From Minisyncoccia bacterium (GTDB taxonomy: Bacteria; Patescibacteriota; Minisyncoccia; Phycocordibacterales; Phycocordibacteraceae): a stretch of DNA of 36,255 nucleotides. Positions 14,990 to 24,121 of the stretch are shown piece after piece. The notes beneath the pieces are model-generated. The model did no database searches. It saw only the letters and a program-made list of their open reading frames with translations, and was not told the origin of the DNA. Location: the NCBI GenBank assembly GCA_046756605.1, contig JBHHWQ010000001.1, forward strand, positions 1 to 36,255, written 5' to 3'. The position numbers were made by a program, and so were the translations under genes. Each line of letters opens with the position of its first letter. Position 1 is the first letter of the stretch.

Positions 14990-17167
14990 TTAAGGCCTTG
15001 GCGGGCGGTCTTCGGGGCGAGCAACGAGCGGCGAATCTTCATCACCACCCTCATCTTCATCACCACCCTCATCTTCATCCGTGCCGGACTCTGTTCTCGC
15101 ATCTTCTACCATGTTCCCACGAACGGGACGCCCGTATCGGCCTGGGCCTGAAAGGAAGCGCTTCCTGACGCTCCGCGGTGCGGCACGAACGACCTGTTGA
15201 TATTGATCAAAAGTATAATTCTCTGTATCTCGTCCAACGTCAACAAGGTCTTGTACGGTGATTAATTTTTTTATATTCGGGCTCAGGAGTATGTCCATCG
15301 GAAGTTTCGCAAGTGAAACACCCATGCGCCTCAACTCGCCGACGAATTGCTCAGCGCTTCGTCTGTCCCGCACTGCATGCCGTGCACGCTGGTTGAACTC
15401 GCGGTTATCGCGAAGCGCTTCACGCGAATCGGCCGCCCTCACTTCATTCGCAAGACGCTTTACGTCGCCCTTGGTCGCGGCTCCAGAGCCACTTCCCGCA
15501 CCGCCCACACGCTTTTGTTTGTGGGAGATTCTTCCCGCACCGCGCGCGCCTTTCTTTATCTCATCAAGCATTTCTTCGGGAAGCGCGTCTTTAACCACTT
15601 CACGCTGTTTCGCGTTCATACCATTCCAGCGCCGGGCACGCTCCTTCTTCGACATGGTTTCAAACTCACCCTTCAAGTCACTGCGGCCATCCCTAGATGT
15701 TTTGGGGTCGTCGCTTTCAGCCCGACTGATTGCATCGTTGACGCGATTCGTCCTCCTTTCCTCCGCAGAGAGCGGTGCCACACCGAACAGGTGCTGTACG
15801 CCACGCACTGTTGCGCGCGTTCCGACAACCACACCTCCACCAATCTCACCCGGCGCTTCACGCACCACCTGTCGAGCGCCCCTAAAGAGCAGGTTTCGCG
15901 GGTAGAGCTGTCGCGCCACGAACTTTCTGATTGGCACCCCTGCCTCAAAGAGCGCGCCCGGCGATGGCGGCGTGAAATCCTTCTGCTGGGCTATGTTGGT
16001 CGCGATTTTCAAGGACAGGAACAGCAGTATCCACGAGATGCCGTATACCATGACCAAGTTCAGGTTTGTGTACCATGTCAATAGGTCGTCGGGGCTCGAT
16101 ATGATGCCGGAGAGCACTCCGCGGCCGCCCTGGACGGATTCGAGAAAGCCGACCTCCATGATTTTGAACGCAATTCCCACCATCACGAGGAAAGCGATGG
16201 GAAAGAGCGCTTGTGCAATCAAAGTGTCCCACCATGCCTTGCCCCACTTCACGAGCTTGGGAATGTTGACGAAGTAAAGCATGCCGATAGGAGAGAGGAT
16301 GAGGAGGATGAGGATGATAACAAACCGTATGAGAAGGAACACTGCCGCCGCCGCGAAGATGCCGGCGGTGAGCGAGAACATCGTGACGCCGAAGAACGCC
16401 AGAATGTACGGAAGGTATTGGTTTTCTGCGAACCGCCCACCGGGCGCGAAGTCGCTCGTTGATATGTCGTAAAGCGAAGTCAGGCGGGTAACCGCCATGA
16501 AGCGCTCTGATACGGGCGCTGACGCGCCGGAGGCACCGAAGTCGAGCGACAGAATGTTATTCGGATTCAATCTTCCAAGTTCCAAACTCTCGCCTGTGTA
16601 TATCGCCTCTTCATATATCTTCGTCGAGACGAAGTTTGACGCGTCAACGATAACTCCGGCGAAGAAGTAACTGAAATTAATGAGAAGCGCCGCGATGATG
16701 ATGCGCACAATCAATTTCCCCACCTGCCCTTCGTTGATGCGAAGGATAAGGGCGATTGCGGCGTATACGAGGGCGCCTATGAAGACCAGGTTGATGAGGT
16801 CGCGGATAACGGTCCAGCCGATCTTGATGCCGTTTGCGAGCGGTGAGCCCCTGCCGAGCAGTTCGCCCATGTAGGTAACTGACAAGAGGAGTGTGTAGTC
16901 GAAAAGCGTACCGACAAACCCGAGGAACCAGCCGGCAATGTGAAGGCCGAATGTCATGAACGTGATGGAGCAGGCGCGGATTACCCCCGGCTGGCCATCG
17001 CTTCCTCGGACCGAATTGATAACATCACCGAGGTTGAGCTCTTGGAAACATCCGCCGATTCCGCCGACGATTGCGAAGAGGAGAACAACGGCAGAAATCG
17101 ATGTTACGACCGTCCCGACACTCATCTTCGGTGATTTGTTGCCCGTGTCTTGCTGTTCTTCCGCCAT
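14990..17167 (-). CDS. Polytopic membrane protein, VirB6/TrbL/ConG-like by size, topology and context, with ~290-aa charged cytoplasmic tail
   Basis: 725 aa with about 8 predicted TM segments in the first ~430 aa, then an R/K/E/D-rich tail ending in DEDEGGDEDEGGDED. The VirB6 call rests on topology and neighbourhood only. Confidence 0.5.
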   Translation of the reverse strand: MAEEQQDTGNKSPKMSVGTVVTSISAVVLLFAIVGGIGGCFQELNLGDVINSVRGSDGQPGVIRACSITFMTFGLHIAGWFLGFVGTLFDYTLLLSVTYMGELLGRGSPLANGIKIGWTVIRDLINLVFIGALVYAAIALILRINEGQVGKLIVRIIIAALLINFSYFFAGVIVDASNFVSTKIYEEAIYTGESLELGRLNPNNILSLDFGASGASAPVSERFMAVTRLTSLYDISTSDFAPGGRFAENQYLPYILAFFGVTMFSLTAGIFAAAAVFLLIRFVIILILLILSPIGMLYFVNIPKLVKWGKAWWDTLIAQALFPIAFLVMVGIAFKIMEVGFLESVQGGRGVLSGIISSPDDLLTWYTNLNLVMVYGISWILLFLSLKIATNIAQQKDFTPPSPGALFEAGVPIRKFVARQLYPRNLLFRGARQVVREAPGEIGGGVVVGTRATVRGVQHLFGVAPLSAEERRTNRVNDAISRAESDDPKTSRDGRSDLKGEFETMSKKERARRWNGMNAKQREVVKDALPEEMLDEIKKGARGAGRISHKQKRVGGAGSGSGAATKGDVKRLANEVRAADSREALRDNREFNQRARHAVRDRRSAEQFVGELRRMGVSLAKLPMDILLSPNIKKLITVQDLVDVGRDTENYTFDQYQQVVRAAPRSVRKRFLSGPGRYGRPVRGNMVEDARTESGTDEDEGGDEDEGGDEDSPLVARPEDRPPRP
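15037..15079. repeat. Perfect 18-bp tandem repeat (2.4 copies) inside the VirB6-like gene
   Basis: cttcatcaccaccctcat occurs twice, plus a partial third copy cttcatc. On the minus strand it is in frame and encodes the DEDEGG repeats. Confidence 0.9.
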
Positions 17168-17173
17168 ATGTTT

Positions 17174-18652
17174 TTACCGAGCCGTGCCTTGGCACTGTGC
17201 CAGAAGGTCGGGGTTGTTCTGCACCGCGGCAAGCGCCGCAGCGTCGTTCTCGAGCGCCGTCGTGTCCACCACAGTGTGGACGGTTTGTGCGGCAAGGGCG
17301 GCGCGATACGCGTCGTCCGCCGCGTTCGTGCTCTCGACCGAGAGAGCACGCGCCGCCTGGTCGCGGACGCTCTCAAGCACCTCGACCGCCGCGCGCGACG
17401 CGTCAAGCTCGCTTTCTATGAATGCACTTCGCTCTGCAATGGTTCCACTGGCATTCAGTTTGCCGGCAGTGTCAAGAAAACAGCTATACACTGCGTCGTC
17501 AGCGAGGTTGAGCGCGGAGAGGTTCGCCTTGAGCGCCGCTTGGTACGCCTCTTCCTGGTCGAGCGAACGCTCCACCTGGAAGAGGAGTGCATCCTTGGCG
17601 CTCGTGACGGTCGAGCGGTTTGTCTCGCCTGCGAGCGACTCGACGTACGAACCCTGTACCAGCCGCCCGCTTGCGTCCACGTACGTACGTGCGGATGCGC
17701 TGGAGCGGCTCGAGAGTCCGCGCACGCCGTCGATTGAGGTGAGCGCTTGTTGCGCGAGCTGGGCGATTAGTGCGTTCACAATCTCGTTTATCTCGTCGGC
17801 GAGCTGAAGTTGTTCAAAACCGGAACCCAGGACCCGTGAAAGCTGGTCGTTTATCTGCGCACCTGGGGTTACGATCTCGTACACGGCGCACCGCTCTTCA
17901 GTTGTCGCCACACCCGAAATATGCGGACTTACCGGCACCTGTTCGTACTGCACACAGTTCCGCTTTGAGAAGAAGCCCTCGCCGAACCGGAGGTACTGCG
18001 TTTCCTCGTACTGGCGGCTGGCGATGCGCGCCCGAAGCTCGCCCGCCGCCAGAGTATACGCGCCGTACGGCGTGTTCTGGATGTCGGTGTGGAGCCGGAA
18101 CCACGCGGGCCAGCCGCCTTGCGAGAAGTCGCCGGAGAGGAACCCGTCGATATTGTCCGTTACGTCCCCCAAGGTGCAAATGGAGCGTGTGTGGAACGGC
18201 TGTTGTTGGACGGCAAGTGCAAGCCGGACATCAAGCTGGAACGGACTGCAGATGAATCCGAGCGCCGGGTCGTTATAGATAAAGTCGAGCCGCGTCTCAT
18301 CGGCGATTTCGCCAAGGAAGCGCGGTAAGTTCGTGACGAACGAAGGCCCGCCCTCGAAGCCGTTGTTTATCCAGTCAACGATTGAATGGGTCATGGCGGC
18401 AATGAGCCCTTGGGTCAGCGCGAACGCCACGCCGTCCAGTATCGTTTCCTTCGCTACGAGTTTCGCCGTACTCACCGCGACCACGCCGGTGTGTGCGGCG
18501 GTATCGGCGATCATGCCCTGCACCGGACCGACTTCAGCGACCGGCTGCGGTGTCACGCCAAAGAGCGCGTGCACGGTGTTTGGCGCACTGCCGAACAGCC
18601 CAATGCCGATGAGCAGGACGGTGAATATTCTTGTTACAAAAGCGTTTCTCAT
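17174..18652 (-). CDS. Hypothetical secreted protein with alanine-rich, probably coiled-coil C-terminal third
   Basis: 492 aa with an N-terminal signal/TM (IFTVLLIGIGLFGSAPNTVHA). The central Cys-containing domain is not recognised. It has a 4-nt overlap with the upstream gene and sits 6 nt from the VirB6-like gene. Confidence 0.75.
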   Translation of the reverse strand: MRNAFVTRIFTVLLIGIGLFGSAPNTVHALFGVTPQPVAEVGPVQGMIADTAAHTGVVAVSTAKLVAKETILDGVAFALTQGLIAAMTHSIVDWINNGFEGGPSFVTNLPRFLGEIADETRLDFIYNDPALGFICSPFQLDVRLALAVQQQPFHTRSICTLGDVTDNIDGFLSGDFSQGGWPAWFRLHTDIQNTPYGAYTLAAGELRARIASRQYEETQYLRFGEGFFSKRNCVQYEQVPVSPHISGVATTEERCAVYEIVTPGAQINDQLSRVLGSGFEQLQLADEINEIVNALIAQLAQQALTSIDGVRGLSSRSSASARTYVDASGRLVQGSYVESLAGETNRSTVTSAKDALLFQVERSLDQEEAYQAALKANLSALNLADDAVYSCFLDTAGKLNASGTIAERSAFIESELDASRAAVEVLESVRDQAARALSVESTNAADDAYRAALAAQTVHTVVDTTALENDAAALAAVQNNPDLLAQCQGTAR

Positions 18653-19578
18653 GGCGTTTGCTGCGGGGTAAGCGCATCAAAGTCTGCGTACGCGTCGCCG
18701 AACCTGTCTTCGGAGGCAACAAAAAGGTTCACTGCAAAGAGCATCTCGTACGGGTCGCGATACCCATTTCCCAGCGCCTCGACCGCGTACGCGGCGTCCA
18801 CGAGCGCGTTCACGAGCGTGATATGGACGCTCGCGCGTGCCGCCGGCACAGTTATCGAAAGCAGCTCGTCCGCAATGCTGCGATAGATATCGGCGTTGTC
18901 GAGCAAGATGCCTGCGTACGAAAGGTCGCTCGTCTCGAGGAGCGTGTAGACGGTCTTGAGTTCGTATTCCGGCACGGCGTTTGCACGCGCAATCGCCCGG
19001 TCCACCTGCGCACGGTACGCGGCAATTGCCGATGCGCTGTCGTCAGGCGTGACGGTGAGGTCGGCAACACCGTAGTGCTTTGCCGTGCCGCCTTCCTCGG
19101 TGCGGCGCGCCACAATATCATCAACAGATTCCAAAATCGCCGTCTCATCGAGGGACCCGCCTTCTTTTAGTGCGAGGTATGCGGCGAACACCTCGCGGCC
19201 CAAGGCGTCGCTCGGCGCGAGAATGTTCGGCGCGACGTACGCTGGCGCGTTTTCCGCCGACGTGCTGGTGAACGCAGCAGCACCGGCATTCTGTGCCACC
19301 CATTCGCCATCCGGCACGCCGTCTCCGTCGGTGTCCGGACTGGACGGATCCAAACCAAGGAGCGTTTCCTTCCAATCCGGCACACCATCACCATCCGAGT
19401 CGGTCTCAGCGCTACGGCTTGTCGATGCGGCCGCCTCGGAAGAGAGCGCGACAACCTCCGACCGTGCATTTTCAGCCGATTCACGCTCGTCGGAAATGGT
19501 CATAAAAGCGACCGCGACTGCACCGAACGCAACCGCGCCGGATACCAAGAGAATCCCGAAAACATTTCGGTCAGGCAT
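18649..19578 (-). CDS. Hypothetical membrane-anchored protein with thrombospondin-type-3-like calcium-binding repeats
   Basis: The ATG at 19578 gives MPDRNVFGILLVSGAVAFGAVAVAFM (TM). The track ORF extends to a GTG at 19617. Two DxDxDG repeats are present (DSDGDGVPDW, DTDGDGVPDG). This is the first gene of the T4SS-like operon. Confidence 0.7.
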   Translation of the reverse strand: MPDRNVFGILLVSGAVAFGAVAVAFMTISDERESAENARSEVVALSSEAAASTSRSAETDSDGDGVPDWKETLLGLDPSSPDTDGDGVPDGEWVAQNAGAAAFTSTSAENAPAYVAPNILAPSDALGREVFAAYLALKEGGSLDETAILESVDDIVARRTEEGGTAKHYGVADLTVTPDDSASAIAAYRAQVDRAIARANAVPEYELKTVYTLLETSDLSYAGILLDNADIYRSIADELLSITVPAARASVHITLVNALVDAAYAVEALGNGYRDPYEMLFAVNLFVASEDRFGDAYADFDALTPQQTP

Positions 19579-19638
19579 TGCTTTCAGTATAGCGTGCACA
19601 AAAGCCCCTACCCCCACATTCTGGATATGAGCTGTAGA

Positions 19639-20466
19639 TTATGCCGCCTCGCGGGATTGCAATGATTCCGCGAGTGAAAACCATGTTTCAAGCGGCACGT
19701 CTTCGGCGCGGACATCGTCCGCAAGTCCGGTTTTTACGAACCCCCGCTCTACCGCGGCGCTTTCGAATCTGCCGGAACGTTTCAGGTTCCCTTTTAAGGT
19801 TTTCCGCTTTTGCCCGAAGCCGATGCGGATGAGCCCGAAAAAAGAATCTTCACTTACCGAGCTGAAGTGCCGGCGCGAAATATCTGAAATAGAAAGGATG
19901 GCCGAGTCGACTTTCGGAGGCGGATTAAAACTCCCGGCCTTTACCGTGCGGACGTAGCGCGGCATTCCGTACGCTTTTACAGAAAGCGACAGAAGCGATT
20001 CTTTTTTCGAGCGGACAATCCGTTCCGCGACCTCTCTCTGCACAAGAAGCGCGACTGCTTCCGGCTGTGGGCGCGCGGTAAGAAAGAGACGCAGCAGTTC
20101 GCCGGTAATGTAGTACGGGATGTTCGCGACGACTTTGTAAGTTGCAAGGGAAAAGGAAAAAGGAGAAAGAAGTTCGCGCGCGTCACCTTCGACAAGCGCG
20201 AGCGTTCCTGTTTCGATTTCGCGCGGGAACATCCCGCGAAGCGCCGCGAGCATCTCCTGGTCTTTCTCGACAGCAACCACCCGCACGCCTTTCAAAAGAA
20301 GTTCGCGCGTCAGCATGCCCGTGCCCGGTCCGATCTCGAGTACAGTATCTCCCTTTTGTGCGTCCGCAGCCACCGCCACCTGCCGGGCTACATCGCCGGA
20401 TGTCAGAAGGTGTTGGCCAAGCTTCGGCGCCGCACGCCGCCTAAAGAATGATGGCATCCTCTGCAT
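19639..20466 (-). CDS. rsmA: 16S rRNA (adenine1518/1519-N6)-dimethyltransferase
   Basis: Motifs KLGQHLL, SAM-binding VLEIGPGTGMLT and NIPYYIT are present. The start is placed at MQRMPSFF (ATG 20466, or 20457), because the track ORF's further N-terminal extension runs into pcrA. Confidence 0.85.
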   Translation of the reverse strand: MQRMPSFFRRRAAPKLGQHLLTSGDVARQVAVAADAQKGDTVLEIGPGTGMLTRELLLKGVRVVAVEKDQEMLAALRGMFPREIETGTLALVEGDARELLSPFSFSLATYKVVANIPYYITGELLRLFLTARPQPEAVALLVQREVAERIVRSKKESLLSLSVKAYGMPRYVRTVKAGSFNPPPKVDSAILSISDISRRHFSSVSEDSFFGLIRIGFGQKRKTLKGNLKRSGRFESAAVERGFVKTGLADDVRAEDVPLETWFSLAESLQSREAA

Positions 20467-22384
20467 CGTACCCCTCCCCTTCGGGCATGGCGAGCACTTC
20501 GCACAATGAAGGGTCCATCTCGGTAATGAACGTGGACGGCACATTCACAATTCGCGTGCCGAAAATGCGACGCGTGAGCGCGTGCGTGAGGTACGCCCGC
20601 CTTTTCGCGCGGGTGAGCGCGACGTAAAAGAGGCGCCGTTCCTCCTCAGGGTCGTCGGCATCCATGCCATCTTTCTCGTGCGGAAAGAGCCCTTCTTCGA
20701 GGCCCGTAACGAACACATACCCAAACTCAAGGCCCTTAGCGGCGTGCACGGTCATAAGCTTCACACCGTCTTTCTTCGCGCGCTCCGCCGCGAGTTCGTC
20801 CTGGTCGCTCTGGAGCGCGGCCTCTTCCAGAAGCCGCGCCAGGCCTTCGGCGCTTTCAAACGCATCGTATTTTGTTGCCACGCTCACGAGTTCGCGCAGG
20901 TTCTCGAGCCGCTCCTCGTCCTCACCCTTCCCTTTTTCGTACATGGCCCTAAGCCCGCTTTTCTCAAGTGCGTATTTCACGAGCTCTGATGTCCGATACA
21001 CAGGAATCTTTGCGCGGATGGCTTCGACGATGGCAAAGAACCCGTCCACCCTTTGTTTCTGTGCGGCGGAAAGCGCCGCGGTCTGCCCCGAAAGCACCTT
21101 CGCGAGCGTAACCTTCCCGATGCCGCGCGTGGGTATGTTCATGACGCGTGAGAGCGTGTTCGCGCTTTCGCCGTTTTGGGCGAGCGCGAGATACGCGAGC
21201 GCGTTTTTAACTTCATGCCGCTCGAAAAAGCGTGTGCCCAAGACCTGGTAGGGCACGCCTGCCGCAAGGAACGCCTCTTCGAGCGCGCGTGACTGAAAGT
21301 TCGCGCGGTACAGGACCGCGATGTCGTTGGGCGAGGCGCCGCGTTCGATAAGGCGCGCGCATTCGCCTGTAACCACGCGCGCCTCATCCGCCTCATCCGC
21401 CATACCGATGACGGCAATCGGCTCCCCGTCCTCGTTTTCGGTGTAGAGTTCCTTGTCGAGGCGGCGCGTGTTCTTCGCTATGGCGTCATTCGCCGCCTGG
21501 ATGATGGTTTTGGTGGAGCGGTAGTTTTGGACCAAAGGCACCACAGCCGCACCAGGAAACTCACGCTCGAAGTTGAGGATATGTTCTATGGATGCACCGC
21601 GCCATGAGTAGATGTTCTGAAAATCGTCGCCCACGACGCACAAGTTCCCGTGGCGCGCGGCGAGAAGGCGGATGAGCTCGTACTGCACGCGGTTCGTGTC
21701 TTGGTATTCGTCGACGTGGAGGTATTCCCACGCGCCCTGGAAATGTTTGCGCACGTCGGCATTCCTATCGAGAAGATGAAACGCCGCAAGCAGGATGTCA
21801 TCGAAATCGAGCGCCTTCTCATTTTTTAAAAGCTTGTCATATTCCTCCCACACGTCCGCCACGGCCTCGTCTATATATGAAGAGGCGCGTTCTGCACGGA
21901 ACCCCTCAACATCAAGCGCGTCGCCTTTCGCGCGGCTCATAATGGAAAGCACCCGGCGCGGCTCGAGCTCTTTCGGGTCGAAGCCGGCGTTCCTAATGGC
22001 TTCTTTCACAGCTTTTAGGGAGTCGCTCCGGTCGAAAATGTTAGGCCGCGCCGGAAGCGCGAGATGCCGGTGGAAAGCGCGGATGATGTGGAGTGAAAGG
22101 GCGTGAAAGGTGCCGATGAACGGCGTTCCGCGCGGCGAGTCGTACGGTGAAAGCGCTAGCTCAGTTTTGAGGAGTGCTCCCACACGCTCGCGCATTTCCC
22201 CAGCCGCTTTGTTGGTGAAGGTAACGGCGAGAATCTGCTCGGGTGCTGCGCCTTGGCGGATAAGCTCGGCAATCCGGTGCGTAACGACACGGGTCTTTCC
22301 GGCGCCCGCGCCCGCCAAAACCAAAAGCGCGCCTTCCTTGTGGAAGACGGCTTCTTTCTGCTGGGGGCTTAGGGAGTCGTGCAT
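20441..22384 (-). CDS. pcrA: UvrD/PcrA-family ATP-dependent DNA helicase
   Basis: 647 aa with SF1 motifs AGAGAGKT, TFTNKAAGEM, DEYQDTN, VGDDFQNIYSWRGA, QNYRST, TVHAAKGLEF and VALTRAK. Confidence 0.9.
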   Translation of the reverse strand: MHDSLSPQQKEAVFHKEGALLVLAGAGAGKTRVVTHRIAELIRQGAAPEQILAVTFTNKAAGEMRERVGALLKTELALSPYDSPRGTPFIGTFHALSLHIIRAFHRHLALPARPNIFDRSDSLKAVKEAIRNAGFDPKELEPRRVLSIMSRAKGDALDVEGFRAERASSYIDEAVADVWEEYDKLLKNEKALDFDDILLAAFHLLDRNADVRKHFQGAWEYLHVDEYQDTNRVQYELIRLLAARHGNLCVVGDDFQNIYSWRGASIEHILNFEREFPGAAVVPLVQNYRSTKTIIQAANDAIAKNTRRLDKELYTENEDGEPIAVIGMADEADEARVVTGECARLIERGASPNDIAVLYRANFQSRALEEAFLAAGVPYQVLGTRFFERHEVKNALAYLALAQNGESANTLSRVMNIPTRGIGKVTLAKVLSGQTAALSAAQKQRVDGFFAIVEAIRAKIPVYRTSELVKYALEKSGLRAMYEKGKGEDEERLENLRELVSVATKYDAFESAEGLARLLEEAALQSDQDELAAERAKKDGVKLMTVHAAKGLEFGYVFVTGLEEGLFPHEKDGMDADDPEEERRLFYVALTRAKRRAYLTHALTRRIFGTRIVNVPSTFITEMDPSLCEVLAMPEGEGYDAEDAIIL

Positions 22385-22430
22385 CCTTGGCCTACTATAC
22401 CCCGCATCAGAGCGGAGACAAAAGGCGCGG

Positions 22431-24014
22431 CTAGAATCCCTGCACCGCGCGCTGTGCTTCCGTCACATTATATGCCGCGGTTATCAATGCGTCATTCAGC
22501 CGCACCATCGCTCCGTTTTGCATCGCGGGGCCGGAAAGACCGGCGTCATCGAGTACACGCTCATTGAACTTCAAACCTGCATCTTCGCCTAGATATCCTT
22601 CATTGATAACGATGGTAAGCTCACGCGCATCCTCTTTTGAAATAGCAACACCGCGCTCTTCCATCGCGCGCATGAGCGCATCGGCGCGTTCATCAACGGA
22701 AGTGTCGGGGTCTGCAAACGCTTCCGGAAGGCGCATATCGTCAACCATGCTCCACTCATCGCCAGACAGTCCCGCTTCACTTACCCACAGCGCATAGGTG
22801 CGTGCCGCAGAAACATCGGACGATTCCAGTACGTGCCGGCCGGCCTCGGGGTCATAGACGAATTCCTGCGGTGCACTCGGGAACAGCACTTCGCCCTCTG
22901 TCATGCCGAACGCGAGGCCGCCGGTACTTCGCGTGCCGTTGGTGCCGACGTACCCGTCAAAATATTTCTTGGCAACGCCATCGGTCATGTTGCCGACCAG
23001 GCGCTGGTTTTCGTTATACATTTCAAGGGGGAACATACGCTCAGTTGCAAGCTGCATCTCACCGCCGCGGATGCGGAATGGCAGACACTCGGCGTACCCC
23101 TCGCCATCAGCGACGACGAAGAAGCGGTATCGCTTCTGCAAAGCGTCTTGATAGTCCTCTGGAAATCCACTCACGTTTTCCGGATGTGAAAAGTACTCCT
23201 GCGCCTGTTCCACCGAGTCGAAAATCATAACGCTCTCGAATTGATTACACATACCCGGCGCCGCACACACCTCGACGGTCTGGATGCGCGGCCCCGTTAC
23301 AGTTTCAGGTTGCGCCGGCGTTACCGTCTGTGCTTCGAGTTCACGCGCCTCAATAGCGGCCATCTCCTCCGCCTGGCACGGCACACAATCAACCGAATCT
23401 ATCCACGCTCCGCTGAATTTCTCGACGACGCCGTCGCAGTCGCTCATCGCGAGCGTCTTCCCATCCGGGCCGACAATGGTGAACGTGCCGTTATCGTCGA
23501 GCACGAACTGCGTGCCAAGATGCAAAACCGCACTTTCGTCAGCCATATCAGGCCGGAGGAGATCGAATGATTGCGCCAGCCGTGCCGCCTCGCTGTCGAT
23601 GGCGGCGCTGTCGCCGGACTTCTGGGCTTCGACCAGCCGGTAGAATGGGTGGCTCGGATCAAGTTCCGCGCCCGCCTCACTCGACACCAACTGGCGCGCC
23701 TGGTCCTTGAAGCCCTCGATGGCCCCCGCGTCGCAGTCGACGCCGAGCACCGTCGTTACTGTGTCCACCTTCTCAAATACGTCGCAATCAGCCGCTGTGT
23801 CGTCACCGACCGATTCTGTTTCAACACCACCCCCCGCCGAGGCACCGTCCGCTTCCATAACTGACGCATCAAAAAACCGGATAGTCGGGGTATTGTAGTG
23901 TTCGAGGAGCCGATTAGGAACGTCGCCATACTCAAAAAAGCGTTGAGCAAACTCTTCCGGAGAGAGCTCGAGCGCCCTGGCGACGGCGCCTGCGATTTCG
24001 AGTGATTCAGTCAT
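22431..24014 (-). CDS. Hypothetical large acidic cytoplasmic protein (no recognisable domain)
   Basis: 527 aa with no signal peptide or TM, strongly D/E-rich, with several Cys. It is the first gene of the minus-strand run leading into pcrA-rsmA. The long uninterrupted ORF is in the sense direction of its neighbours. Confidence 0.75.
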   Translation of the reverse strand: MTESLEIAGAVARALELSPEEFAQRFFEYGDVPNRLLEHYNTPTIRFFDASVMEADGASAGGGVETESVGDDTAADCDVFEKVDTVTTVLGVDCDAGAIEGFKDQARQLVSSEAGAELDPSHPFYRLVEAQKSGDSAAIDSEAARLAQSFDLLRPDMADESAVLHLGTQFVLDDNGTFTIVGPDGKTLAMSDCDGVVEKFSGAWIDSVDCVPCQAEEMAAIEARELEAQTVTPAQPETVTGPRIQTVEVCAAPGMCNQFESVMIFDSVEQAQEYFSHPENVSGFPEDYQDALQKRYRFFVVADGEGYAECLPFRIRGGEMQLATERMFPLEMYNENQRLVGNMTDGVAKKYFDGYVGTNGTRSTGGLAFGMTEGEVLFPSAPQEFVYDPEAGRHVLESSDVSAARTYALWVSEAGLSGDEWSMVDDMRLPEAFADPDTSVDERADALMRAMEERGVAISKEDARELTIVINEGYLGEDAGLKFNERVLDDAGLSGPAMQNGAMVRLNDALITAAYNVTEAQRAVQGF

Positions 24015-24093
24015 GAAACGTGCGGTTACGCTATAACAAATACAGCTCTATGTCAAGGTTTTTCCGCTGTCCACCAGGCCAAGGAAACGCCGG

Positions 24094-24121
24094 TTGACTT
24101 CCTTTCCTGCCCGCGTATAGT
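24094..24121 (+). promoter_or_regulatory. Candidate sigma70-type promoter for the LysM/M23 gene
   Basis: TTGACT (24094-24099), a 16-nt spacer, then TATAGT (24116-24121). This would give a ~140-nt leader before the GTG at 24269. Confidence 0.4.

Noticed and set aside
13907-15079. The short tandem repeats (heptamers at 13907-13927, 18-mers at 15037-15079) as a CRISPR array.
   Set aside because: The repeats are contiguous with no spacers and far too short and few. One lies in frame inside a coding sequence. No cas genes are in the window.
8797-19617. The T4SS-like cluster as an integrated conjugative element or plasmid remnant.
   Set aside because: No integrase, relaxase, coupling protein, flanking direct repeats or tRNA target were seen. 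By eye, the composition is indistinguishable from the housekeeping flanks. This cannot be fully excluded without comparative genomics.
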